Notes under the pieces: generated by a model
Seen by the model: the letters and a program-made list of their open reading frames with translations, nothing else
The model's database searches: none
What the model was told of the DNA's origin: nothing
Origin: Phoronis australis
Taxonomy: Eukaryota; Animalia; Phoronida
NCBI GenBank assembly: GCA_002633005.1
Contig: NMRA01000197.1
Location: 577,622-641,621, forward strand
Direction: 5' to 3'
DNA: 64,000 bases
Shown here: one piece after another, positions 38,792 through 50,900 of the stretch
How positions within the stretch are numbered: position 1 is the stretch's first letter
Layout of the letters: each line of letters begins with the position of its first letter
Made by a program: the position numbers and the translations under genes

Positions 38792-41700
38792 ACTTTTGAA
38801 AACCTAAATTGGACGTGGAGGACATAGCCTCATTATATTACAATATGCTCACAATGTGATACTTATTATTGTGTGATTGTGTGGTGGAGTACATAACGGT
38901 TTTCGTGGATTAATATATAATCCTTGCTTGCATTCAAGATTGAATTCGAAATCTCAAATTTGAACTCGAATTTGTAGCCCAAATTTAGCGGCCATCAAGT
39001 TCAAATTCGGATTATTAACAAGTCTGAGTATACGACGCTAGTCTTAAACACACACCCTTAGAGGCTTATCGCGAACGGTACTAATGAAAATAAGACATAA
39101 CAAAAATTGAAAGTTCGAGTTTCGAGATTAAATCCTAGATCCTGAGGTCTAAATCGCACAACCACCTAAAACATGCTAATCACCAGCAGCCTGACACGCG
39201 GGCCTCAGGTGCACGTGTACACCAATGATCAAGCGTGCTGTGACGATACAGCTATAAAATGCTTTAACGTCTATCTATCACGAGCTGTTCGTTACCTGCT
39301 GTTTGACAGCAATTAACCCACAACGGCATGTACACTTAATTTAGACTGTTGAAGTTAATAATGACGTGTCGCATCATAGTTATTCTTTCGGTGACAAAGG
39401 TAGGTTTTTTCCTAGAGCTTGTACACAGTGCAAATCATTAGTTTTCAGCCTATTTAAGGATAAAATTCTTGTTTTTTGCCTGAAATGCTTTATAACATGT
39501 GCTATTTCTTCAATATTTTTGCAACGAAACTAGTGAAAAACGTGTCGCGTGGTGTCGCGCATTATCTTACGCCTGTTCAAATGTTGCGGAAATGACGCAA
39601 GAAATTTGAATAGTAAAGGATGTGGATGGCACACGTGCACAAGAGACTGTGCGTACATGTACGTTGTGCTTCAGTTGTTACTTACCAGAAACTAGGTCGC
39701 AAGCTCGTCGCATAGCTATCGGTATACAGGCGCATCCATTGTTTACGTTGTTTTTCTGTTTTACAATAAAGAGAATAGTAAGCGTTTAGCGGTAACCGGC
39801 TGATGTGCCACCTGCATTGTTATATTCAAAAATGACGCAACAAAAGAAAACAATAGTAGAGTCCCATAGACGATAACCATGCGCCGTGTTTACGCCCGTC
39901 GCATGGATCTCGCAAGTTTAACAATAGCTTGCGACCGCTCCATTTGACTATAATTTCACCTGGAAACCGCGGCTGGAAACGAGGAAGACGAAAAAAGAAA
40001 GGGTGTGGATATTAGACTGAATATTTGACTTTCGTGTTGGTTTTCAGCTTCTAATTGTTTTTTTTTTCCGTTGTTTTGGTTCCAATTGAAAAAATCAGTC
40101 TCGTCTACCAACAGCACCGTAGAGGCTACCATTATGCAGTCTCGTGACAAAACGTTTCCCTCTGATTGGTTCAATCCAAACCAATCCTGAAACATAACTT
40201 TGAATGGTTTTCAATAGCATTATGTATGTTTTCAAAAACGTGATGCAATCACAATGTTTATAGTGATATTTTACAAATGTTTCATAAATGTTGTACTGAT
40301 TTTGTCAGAAAATGTTTCATAGTTATGCAAATATTTCAGTTGCTGCTGCCAGACATATCTATCGTACAAGGTAAAACGTTTGAATTGATTTCAAGTTCAG
40401 TACTTGCAGGGTTTGTTTCAAAGGTGGTGGGTCTCGATTTACCAGACAAAATTTCCAAAAATCAATGAAAACACGAACCAAATTCATACATGTTAGTGTT
40501 CAGGGGGAGATTCCTAATGCTAATTTTGTTGTGTATCTTTCGAACTTTAGTTCTACAGAAAAGACCACAATGTAAACAAAATATTCGTCAAACGAATGAT
40601 TTAAGCTTGAGAAATAGTTCCCTGTTTCAGAAAGATGACTTTAGTTTGATATGTTCTCAGGGTGTGTGGCGACCAAAAGGATATCATGAAAGGGTAATAA
40701 TTTCCACAAATTTGTCTCAAATTTCTCTTGCCATGACCGCGTCCAGAGGACCTAAAACGGAGTCGTCATTGGCTTTGAATAGGGCAAAACTGATGTCCTC
40801 GAGGCGGCGACACTGCTCGGAACTTATTTGTATTGTGTCGTAGATAAGCTCAAATATTTTCACCGTATTCTGAACAAACAATGTCAAAATGCTAACATTC
40901 TATTTGGTTTTGTTTTCATCTTCACGGCTTTAAGACACTACTTGTATAATGATTACTCCGGGTGGATTTTCTGAAGCTTGACGCGGTCAAGGGCTAATAT
41001 CCGTAAATGAAAAGCAAATTTTGCCGATTTTCTTAGCACTGTATGAATGCAAACTCGATCACACTACGTTTTCATGGTTAAATGTATAACCCTTATGCAC
41101 TTAATGGCACCAGCATTAAAGTTATACGTTGGAAATTGAACTCAAAATTTCGAGTTCAAACTCGAGTTTATAAACCGATTCCATGGATCACATGGAAGCT
41201 CTATTCCTATGATTATGGGATACTTGTATCGATCGGTGAAATTCCGGTGTGACGGAATCTCGCTATTACTAAATATTCAGTAAAAATATACCACAAGTGA
41301 AAAAATTCAAAGAATTTGTGGTCACTATGCTTAGACTCAAAACTTAACCAATCACTCAGCACAAAACGTGTAATCGAAGCGTGCCACCCAATTGGTATTC
41401 GTAAAATTTCGAGTCAAGTTTCGAGTGCAGAGATTAGACAACGCTGCACACATACTACAAACGCTGTAAAAGTTTCGACTAGAGGCGTGGCTCGTCACTG
41501 AAATTTATTACATGATTTAGGCTGCTTGAAACTCAACAGCGGTTAATATATCCAAGTCAATAATATGGACCGATCCCGAGAATTCAATAAAGCGTCTTGT
41601 AAGAAAAACAAGATCTCCTGAGATTCCGCGAGATATCGCCTTGCACTTTCAATGAGAGCACGGGATCTCAGCTAGAAATTTCTCCCCGGATACTCTGATT

Positions 41701-41938
41701 GAACTCGACCCAGGTTATCTACGGACTGAGGGAGAGGAACATTACTTCCCCGAAGTTCACATAATCTAATGTGCCATTGAGATTGGTGTATATTTGTTTT
41801 TTACACAACCTCTTATACCCTCTGATGCTTTTTGCCTTTGGCTTCATCGTCTGATAGATTGGTATATTTTTTCACTTTCATGTACTTCATTAACTTGCCT
41901 CTGTTCTTAATCACTTCTGCAGCGTTCAAAGGAAAAAA

Positions 41939-43162
41939 TCTGTATTCTGTGCCTTATTATTCTGTATGCAGTTCCTTATTATTCTGTATGCAGTTCCTTA
42001 TTATTCTGTATGCGGTGCCTTGTTATTCTGTATGCAGTGTCTTATTATTCTGTATGCTGTGCCTTATTATTCTGTATGCAGTGCCTTATTATTCTGTATG
42101 CGGTGCCTTATTATTCTGTATGCAGTGTCTTATTATTCTGTATGCAGTGCCTTATTATTCTGTATGCAGTGCCTTATTATTCTGTATGCAGTGCCTTATT
42201 ATTCTGTATGCAGTGTCTTATTATTCTGTATGCAGTGTCTTATTATTCTGTATGCAGTGCCTTATTATTCTGTATGCAGTGCCTTATTATTCTGTATGCA
42301 GTGTCTTATTATTCTGTATGCAGTGTCTTATTATTCTGTATGCAGTGCCTTATTATTCTGTATGCAGTGCCTTATTATTCTGTATGCAGTGTCTTATTAT
42401 TCTGTATGCAGTGTCTTATTATTCTGTATGCAGTGCCTTATTATTCTGTATGCTGTGCCTTATTATTCTGTATGCTGTGCCTTATTATTCTGTATGCAGT
42501 GCCTTATTATTCTGTATGCTGTGCCTTATTATTCTGTATGCAGTGTCTTATTATTCTGTATGCAGTGTCTTATTATTCTGTATGCAGTGCCTTATTATTC
42601 TGTATGCAGTGCCTTATTATTCTGTATGCAGTGCCTTATTATTCTGTATGCAGTGTCTTATTATTCTGTATGCAGTGCCTTATTATTCTGTATGCAGTGC
42701 CTTATTATTCTGTATGCAGTGCCTTATTATTCTGTATGCAGTGTCTTATTATTCTGTATGCAGTGCCTTATTATTCTGTATGCAGTGCCTTATTATTCTG
42801 TATGCAGTGCCTTATTATTCTGTATGCAGTGTCTTATTATTCTGTATGCAGTGCCTTATTATTCTGTATGCAGTGCCTTATTATTCTGTATGCAGTGCCT
42901 TATTATTCTGTATGCAGTGTCTTATTATTCTGTATGCAGTGCCTTATTATTCTGTATGCAGTGCCTTATTATTCTGTATGCTGTGCCTTATTATTCTGTA
43001 TGCTGTGCCTTATTATTCTGTATGCAGTGCCTTATTATTCTGTATGCTGTGCCTTATTGTTCTGTATGCTGTGCCTTATTATTCTGTATACAGTGCCTTA
43101 TTATTCTGTATGCTGTGCCTTATTGTTCTGTATGCTGTGCCTTATTATTCTGTATGCAGTGC
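41939..43162. repeat. 22-bp minisatellite, ~55 copies (TCTGTATGCAGTGCCTTATTAT)
   Basis: direct tandem array with a few recurrent variants (CAGT/CTGT, GCC/GTC). Confidence 0.98.
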
Positions 43163-44046
43163 GGATTGTCGAGACCTCCAAGTAATAAAATAAGGAGACG
43201 CTAAGACTTACTGTTGCACACTTTCTGAACTTCAGGTTGCCACAACTTTGAAGGGTCCACTGTGGTTACGAAAGGGCTCCCAATTTTCTCTTCTCTTGGT
43301 CATCACAGTATTTAGCTGCCCTTCACACAAGAGCACTTAACGTTCATCTCTGAGAGTAATTTTAGGCTCCGGAAATGCGGAATGGTTGGTCTTTGAACAT
43401 TACCATATTTGACCTTCGTTAGTCATATGTTAGGAATTTGGCCTTCCCTCACCAGGATAATCCTGATTGGTCAGAGTTACTTATTTAAGGCGGGTCATAC
43501 ACAAGATCGTGTTGTCCAGCCGTCAGAACAAGACCAAGAACAAAACATCAGAACTCACTACTTCTCTAAGGTATACGCATGGTTCTCAGACTTTGCGTCA
43601 CCTTCAATGGTATTCTTTTCACCTAAATTTCCAGCTATTCGTGTGGTACCGAAACTTTGTATTCAGCTGTACCCGTTATGGTTTAGTCCTCAAAATATTT
43701 AAGTCCCATTTTAAGTTGTTCCGGCCATAAGATACGGTGAATGAATTAAAGACACAACGCTGCGACACCTGTGTATACCCGTATCATAGGGATCGACCGA
43801 CTGTTAAGTGCCGTCCAAACACAGACTTACCCTAGAATTTGTTACTCCTGAAACGAGTTGTAATTAGGTGCAACAACTCTATTATGTATAACTAGTCTTC
43901 TCACGTGCGCTGTACCCACTTACGTGCTGACGTCAAACGTCCATACAGCTTAGCAAATGAACTTCAGGGAAACTGAAACAGAAGTCCACCATTTCTGCCA
44001 ATACTACATACAAACAATTTGTAACTGATGTTACTGTTTTTAACAG

Positions 44047-44336
44047 CGGAGCCATTAGGGCCATATCCAGTACCACTGCCACCCGAATCAGCACCGCCAG
44101 TGTACCCGCAGCCTCCGCCACCACCGCCGCCGCCACCAGAGTATCCCTCGCCGCTGCCGCCGCCAGAGTACCCGCCACCGCCACCACCACCAGGGCACCC
44201 GCCGCCGCTGCCGCCGCTGCCTGCACCACAGTACCCGCCGCCGCCACCACCGCCACCGCCGCCTCCGCCACCAGAGTACCCACCACCAGCGTAGAGAGAG
44301 TTACCACCGCCACCTCCAGTTCTACAGGCACTATAA
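44047..44336 (+). pseudogene. Proline-rich terminal exon, copy 2 (PPPEYP repeats; TAG at 44292, shared TAA at 44334)
   Basis: acceptor tttttaacag| phase 1 at the same position as in copy 1; flanks homologous to 23100-24660. Confidence 0.45.
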
Positions 44337-44554
44337 CCACCATCTCCATGGTGCTGTTTTTCGTAGTTCCACCATTATCTACATTGTCATCTGCATTTTG
44401 TTAATTAAGCTGTAGATAACAAAAAGGCACGAATATAACGTCTAATGACGTAATTAGTATTGGATACAGTCACATATTGTCGTTTCTTGGACTTGTCGCT
44501 TTTCCAGTAGGTGACAACTCATGTCGTTCAGATGTCTGGAGCGGCTGAAAAATG

Positions 44555-45060
44555 TGTCCTCTGCAAGTTCATCAACATCTTAAAAGTGTGGTAAACATTT
44601 TAAAAGTCTTGTCAACTTTTTACTCAAATGTTGCCAACATTTTCAAAAAATCTTGCTAATTTTTGAAAAATCTTGTCAACATTTTATTTAAGTGTTGTCA
44701 ACATTTTTATTGTGGATGTTAACATTATCATGATATTGGAGTGTTGCATTTCTTCCGTTTTGAAATTCCATCGGGAACGAAAAACCAAGTCAAAAGACCA
44801 TATTTTCACTTCAAGCCTTCAATAAAGTCGCCAAGAATAAAAATCTTGCTAATGTTTTTGAAAGCCTTGCTAATACTGTGCCTTTGAAATTTTGCGATTT
44901 TGACATGATTTTCTGAAAATCTTGTCAACATTTATCATTGGAACATTTTTCAAATAACCTTGCCAAGACATATATGGTTTTAAAATATCATGCCAAGATT
45001 TCGAAAATTTTTGAAATTGTTGGCAGGATTTTTGGAAAGTCTTCATGGATTTATCGTGAT
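44555..45060. repeat. Degenerate TCTTGYCAACATTTT repeat array, partly inverted
   Basis: more than 10 short motif copies, with reverse-orientation copies (TGTTGGCAGGA) toward 45020. Confidence 0.6.
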
Positions 45061-47399
45061 CTTAAAATTAAAATACAGGTCTTGATTTTTCAGCGCTTTG
45101 GCATACCATAAACATTAAAAGTTAAATTTCAAAGACATTTTAAAACCAGCCGCTTTCATTTTAAACACATGTGAATAATTAAAAGATGACAGGTTCATGA
45201 TATCACTAAGAGGGTGGTGAATTAAGATTGAAATTTGAAAAGACTGTTCAAGACACGGTACAGTGGATTAAAAGGGCACGAGTGTGGAATATATAGTAAA
45301 ATTCTGAGGTCGTAAACAGCCACTGAAAGACCATTTCCATAAATAACAACCTAAAGTGGAAATGGCGAAACAGAATACTCACAAACGGTACCTAAAACCT
45401 TTCAACACAAAGATGAAAATCGTTTAAACCCCAAATACACGTTAAGGACGCCGGCAAATAAAAGCCAGTGCTTTTGACGGGATTGGCTAAACCGTCTAAC
45501 ATTGGGTCATTTCAAGTCAATACGGGTGAGATTGAGCCTAAATAATGGAGAGCTCGAATTTTTGAGAATTCGCTAAAAGCGTAGGCAACGCTTGCCCTTT
45601 TAGCAAACTTCGAAATGAGTTTTCAGATTTTCCTCCAAACGTTTGTCGAATGTCGAGGGTTACAGAACATTATTTTGTTTCAGGGAAGTGGATGGGATAA
45701 TCGTTTTGTATGTCTGATAGCAGTCCAAATCCAGGCATGGCATCCCTACAATATTCCAAGCTAAAGTAATCTGTCTCAGACAATAGACAATAAAGCTGTG
45801 GTTAAATCATTCATTTTGTACTATTCATATTTCTACATGTACAACCTTTTCAGTTTTAAAACGGTTTTGTTTCACAGATAAAAACTACACCAGAAAAAAT
45901 ACATGTCTGGCTTTCATTTCTTTGATCAATTGAGTAGATATTATGGGCTTAGCAGAGTTGCGAGGAGAGTGGCTCGAATTTCTAGAACGGCTGACCTTCA
46001 GTTTGCAAACTTTGATACACAACGAGCATTCTCAGTTCTATGTTCTTAACGGAATTCGTAATACCAGAAATAAGGATGGCATGACAGTTGCTCGCAAGGA
46101 ATGGGACTCAAATGCAGATGTAATGTGGTCCAGAAAGAGAACGTTCTCGAGTTACCCCCTACCAAACATTCAGATCTGCCTCCCGTTCAGTAACGCTGGG
46201 ACCTCGCTAAAAAGCAAGACTTCGCGAGATTACGTGAGATACTGCCGTGTGTTTTAAAGGAGAACACGTGACTTTGACTAGGTTTTAGCTAGGTCCTAGC
46301 GTAGGTCCTAGCGTAGGTCCTAGCATCTACTGAACGCAGACCAGGCTTATTTAAGTGAGTGATTACACCTTATTACGTACTCGGACGGAAATATTTAGTC
46401 GTAGAATGACTTGAATTTTTTATTTGGTTGTATTTTGTGTGTCATTTAAGTTGCTTACATCTCTGGAAATGCCGGAACAGTCCACTATTACTAAGGTTCA
46501 CTACTCCAAGAATATCTAAAATTTCCTGGCTCACTCAGGTGTAAATTTTTATACTTTTACATGCACAAATTAAGTCGGAAAAAGGTTGCCTTCCCCTTTA
46601 ATCTATGCATTGATTGGTGCATCTAGGCCAAAACAACGCCCGGATTCCATGCGCTTGTGAAATTGCCCGCTTGTCTTACGAATATGGAAAATGAGTACGT
46701 ACTTGCATTTTTAAAAGAAAATGAAGTAGGAATATTGATGAATTATCAACCACGACACATTCAACAAATCCATGTCAAGATCGCATCATTTCACAGCGCG
46801 ACTGAAAAGTTTAGGGTCAGTTGCTCGTCAACCTCACCCACCGCACTGTCGGGTTGAAACTAAATGTAATTTGTAGGCTACCCAGCTTCTCCATGTCCGT
46901 TCAATCTTCTTAACCGTCGTTGGTCGCCGCAGCTCTGACATGATGATATCCCAGCTTGAGAATGGCTGGTTACTAAGATTCAAGAATTACAAATGGATCT
47001 GAGCTCATTTGTAAACAAGGTAATCTAAGTTTTAAAAAAATTTCAACTTTTGCGCACCCTTTGAATGGTTACTAACTGGACACAAATACAATACTTTTAT
47101 TTATGTCAGTTACAACTATTAGCAGACTATCGGAATAATAAACTGTCGGAGTTCTGGTTTAGTGAACTTTCGACGGTAGCTAACATTCGGAGTAGTGAAA
47201 CTTATGAATAGTGAACTTTCGGAATAGTGACATGTAACCTCGGAAATCTTCTCCATCAGTTTGTTGCTCGTATGAAGTCTGCGGGGCTGTGCACCATTGG
47301 CACTGATTGACAAGAGAAGACTTTCTTTATTGACCAAAGTTTTTATTAGGTCTAGATTTAATCTTCCCTAATATATTATTTGTTGTACATAGCAGGCAT

Positions 47400-47975
47400 T
47401 CCATATATACATAAATTCAAAAGTATATTCAGAGTATTTACACAGACAGCAGTTCTTCTCTTAAAGCTATATAGCCCTCTGAGTATACAATGCAAGGCGC
47501 TGGATACTGTCATGGTTTTTCTGTTGGAATAACCTTACAAGAGAATAGTTAACATTCACAATCTCTGGAAGAAGATTTCTTCTAAGGTCTTCAAGAACAG
47601 GGCATCGACACATGAAACGAGGCTCATTTTCAATTTCACCCAGATTGCATATGCCGCATATTTTCTCATTTCTAGGAATACCCATATGCCTTCTCTATAT
47701 TAAGTGAGTGACTTGAACATCGAAACTGCTCAAGTATTCTTCTCGAATAAGCGCTAAAACAATTCTCGCTAACAAGATCACGTTTAATAAGACTATACAA
47801 TTCATATTTATATGATCTACCTATTTCCAGTTGCCATTCCTGAGCGTCTCAATCTAATAACCTTTGCTCGAATACCATAATTAATTTACCACTATTACCT
47901 GGGCCAAATAACCACACTTTTCCACAACCGTACCTATACTAAATTTCTTTGGCTCGGTGTGCCCAGTTATAATAA
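47400..47975 (-). mobile_element. LINE ORF2 C-terminal fragment, same family as 27284-27700
   Basis: GIPRNEKICGICNLGEIENEPRFMCRCPVLEDLRRNLL; long nucleotide matches to the 27.3-kb copy. Confidence 0.8.
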
Positions 47976-50900
47976 ATATCTCGCTGTTATATAGCCCACT
48001 GTAGCTAGGTACATGTATAGACATTTACTTCTCAACTCCCATAATCAGTACCCGATGAATAACGTGACGTCTCCTCTAATCGTCTTTACGATCTAGTCAT
48101 CTACACAAACAACACTCGGACTCATTAGGCCGGGTACGGCCGATGATTACGTGTAGCACTTTGAATGACAGAAACAAATTCTGGAAAAAATTATTACTAA
48201 CTTAGTTATCATTGTTGTTAGTAATATCAGTAGATCAGTGGAACAATTTTATCGTTGTCCATCTATTTCCTTGTAAGAAAAACATTTTGACGAATAGGCT
48301 GGTACTGGATCTTTTCTGTGGGAGTTGGAGGGTTCGATCGAACTTGCGAACTCCCCTGGCTATTGGCCTGGTTATACAAAACATGCTGACCGTAGTTAAG
48401 GTAGTTTTGAAGGATCTGTGAATGTGACGTGAACGACTGATGACCTTAGCAGTGAAACAAAATTGTCAATAATGGCGNGGTCGGGGAAAACAAAATTAAA
48501 GGTCCCTTAATCACAATTTCAAATTCCTTTTTTGCAATACTTGACGCAGTTACAGGCATACGTGTAGCTCCAAATGTAAGCGTGCATCTTGGCAGGGCTG
48601 AGAAGCACCGGCAGAAAATGGGGATAACCCACCCATCTAATGTACGATTATTTTTTGGTTATTATATATCACCCTGCAGTAAAACATCTCTGAGTTTCTA
48701 AAACCGCATGCGTAGGTCACGGTACGCCTCATGGATACAACCTATGCTAACCAATAATAGGCATTCTCGATGATATTAACTCCTGTGACGTTGTTAAATT
48801 TCATTTTGCAGCTCGACTTTAAGTTCAAACACAAACGCCATGTTGTTATACGTTCATGTGTACTATAATTGCCCTGCATCAGGACTCTGAAGCCAATTAT
48901 CTACCACGCTTTAATGACCAACGGGTACCACGGAACCGAAACTTAGCTAACGCATCTATTTTGACGTAGTAAAATTTCAGCTCGACTAGATTCAAACACA
49001 AACATCATGTTGATATACGTTCACGTGCACTTTTGTCCTGCATCAGTTATCTCCCACTTTTTATCACCAACGGGTACCAGAGAGCCGAAACCTTAGTATC
49101 TATTTTGCCTATTTTTCGCCTTGTATTTCAACATTTTACTCCAAGAATTCAAATTGTTCAAAAATCACCAGTTTTAAACCATGGTATACAAATTTATTCC
49201 TGTCAGTATTATATTACCGTGAAGCCATGAATGCGATAACAAATCTACTCCACACAAAAGGACCTGAGATCAGATTCCCTGCTAAACAACCCTCTTGACT
49301 ATCTATTAACAGGGCCTTAAGAAGCGGGGGCCGGGGNNNNNNGGGGGCGTGACCCCCAAATTTTCAGGCGTCAGGGTTATACTATGGCAACCGACATAGG
49401 CTTGGGGCTGGGGACAGTCGAGAAAAGAAAGACTACGAATACGAATAAGAGAGAAAATTCAAGAGAACATTTGACAAGTCAGTATCAGTGCATGGTCTAC
49501 CCTTTGAGGACCCTGGCCAGAACATTGTTGTTTGGGTCTCCGTTTTTGTTGCATACATGTAGGTCGTCTAAACGCACTTGAAAACGTACATTTTATCATT
49601 CATACATGTATTTCGAAAAATCGAGTAAATTCGTAAAGCGAAGCTTTTGCGGAGCACGTCAATTCACTGGATTTTTAAATTCAATAAGGCAGTTTTGCTA
49701 ATGCAGAAATGCAAAATTATATTTCCCAGAGGCCCTTCTGTAGCAAAAGATAACAAAGACAACTGTCTCTCTATTTTTTCGTGTTTTTCTTTCTCTAAAT
49801 TGTGTGATGACTTGAGAAAATTGATGGCCTGGCAGATAACATCAATTGCTGCGCATTTCCTGACTTGAAAATATAGATCTTTTCATATTTAGGGGCCCAA
49901 CTCTTGAAGAAGACCATTGATGACATTCAAGTGGCCACCCTTTTCGTGATTTGATTGGCAAATTTTAAGGGGCCGCTCACGAAGAGAGGGCCCAATGTTG
50001 GAATAGATCATCTCTATTTTCCTGTTTTTTTCTGAAATCGTACAACCGGCTTTCATGCTGAGGAAAGTCACTTCTTGCAAGGTCACCCGACAATGGAATG
50101 AAATTTCACTCTTTTCCAGGCTTAATGATGTGTAGCCTTTCATCTTAAGTGTCCCGTTTCAGACGGAACCTCCTCTTAGAGGGGCGGTTCGGGTGTTTCT
50201 CTAGACATGTAAACCCGACACTGCCAAGTATTCTCGAGGGAAGGTTGAGATAAATTTCACTTAATCAATTTTTTTCAAAAACTGAATCATTTGCTTTCCA
50301 TTCGTGTACATACTACACACACGGAGCACGTCATGACTGACGCACCCACGATAAAAATAAAGTGTAACCATGCAATGGGCCTGCGCAGAATCTCAGTGAT
50401 CCACCGCGGGAGCTGAATTTGAACTCCACGCGCTGAGGTGTGTACATTTTTGGACACACTCTGTATCATTTTCCCCAGCCACAAGAAACTGGACTACCAG
50501 CTGTGTTTCATTAAAGGATTTTGTAACGGCCACAAAGGCACTCATACCAGAGACCTCGGGACCTCACCTTTCCAAAAAATTTCTTCAAAGCAGAATAGCC
50601 ATGATAAAATGAAGTTTTCCCGAAACTTGATCTTAATAAAATGAATCCTGAACTTAGAGCCAGCGCAGAGGAATAGGTGAGAGCTAAGCTGCGGCATGGC
50701 TCAAGCCAAGTGACTAGCTGAGCTGACCAGCGACTGGCTCTACTGAGTTCATCGAATCCACTGTTAGAGCTCAGCTACCCGTCAGTGCTGGCCCTAGACC
50801 CATTCTTACTCTCCGTGAAACTTTGTTGGTTCACGGTTACTCAAATCCGATATCTGCATCTCAACTCAGTATTACACCCCGACTGACCTATGGCGGANNN

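Noticed and set aside
41939-43162. CRISPR-like array
   Set aside because: Head-to-tail repeats with no unique spacers; eukaryotic context, no cas genes
41832-43204. Three overlapping 391-453 aa Cys/Tyr/Leu-rich ORFs
   Set aside because: Artefact of a stop-free 22-bp minisatellite; all frames give the same 22-aa cycle
43933-44349. 138-aa Ala/Val-rich minus-strand ORF
   Set aside because: Alternative frame of the (CCN)n low-complexity tract; not conserved as an open frame in the paralogue
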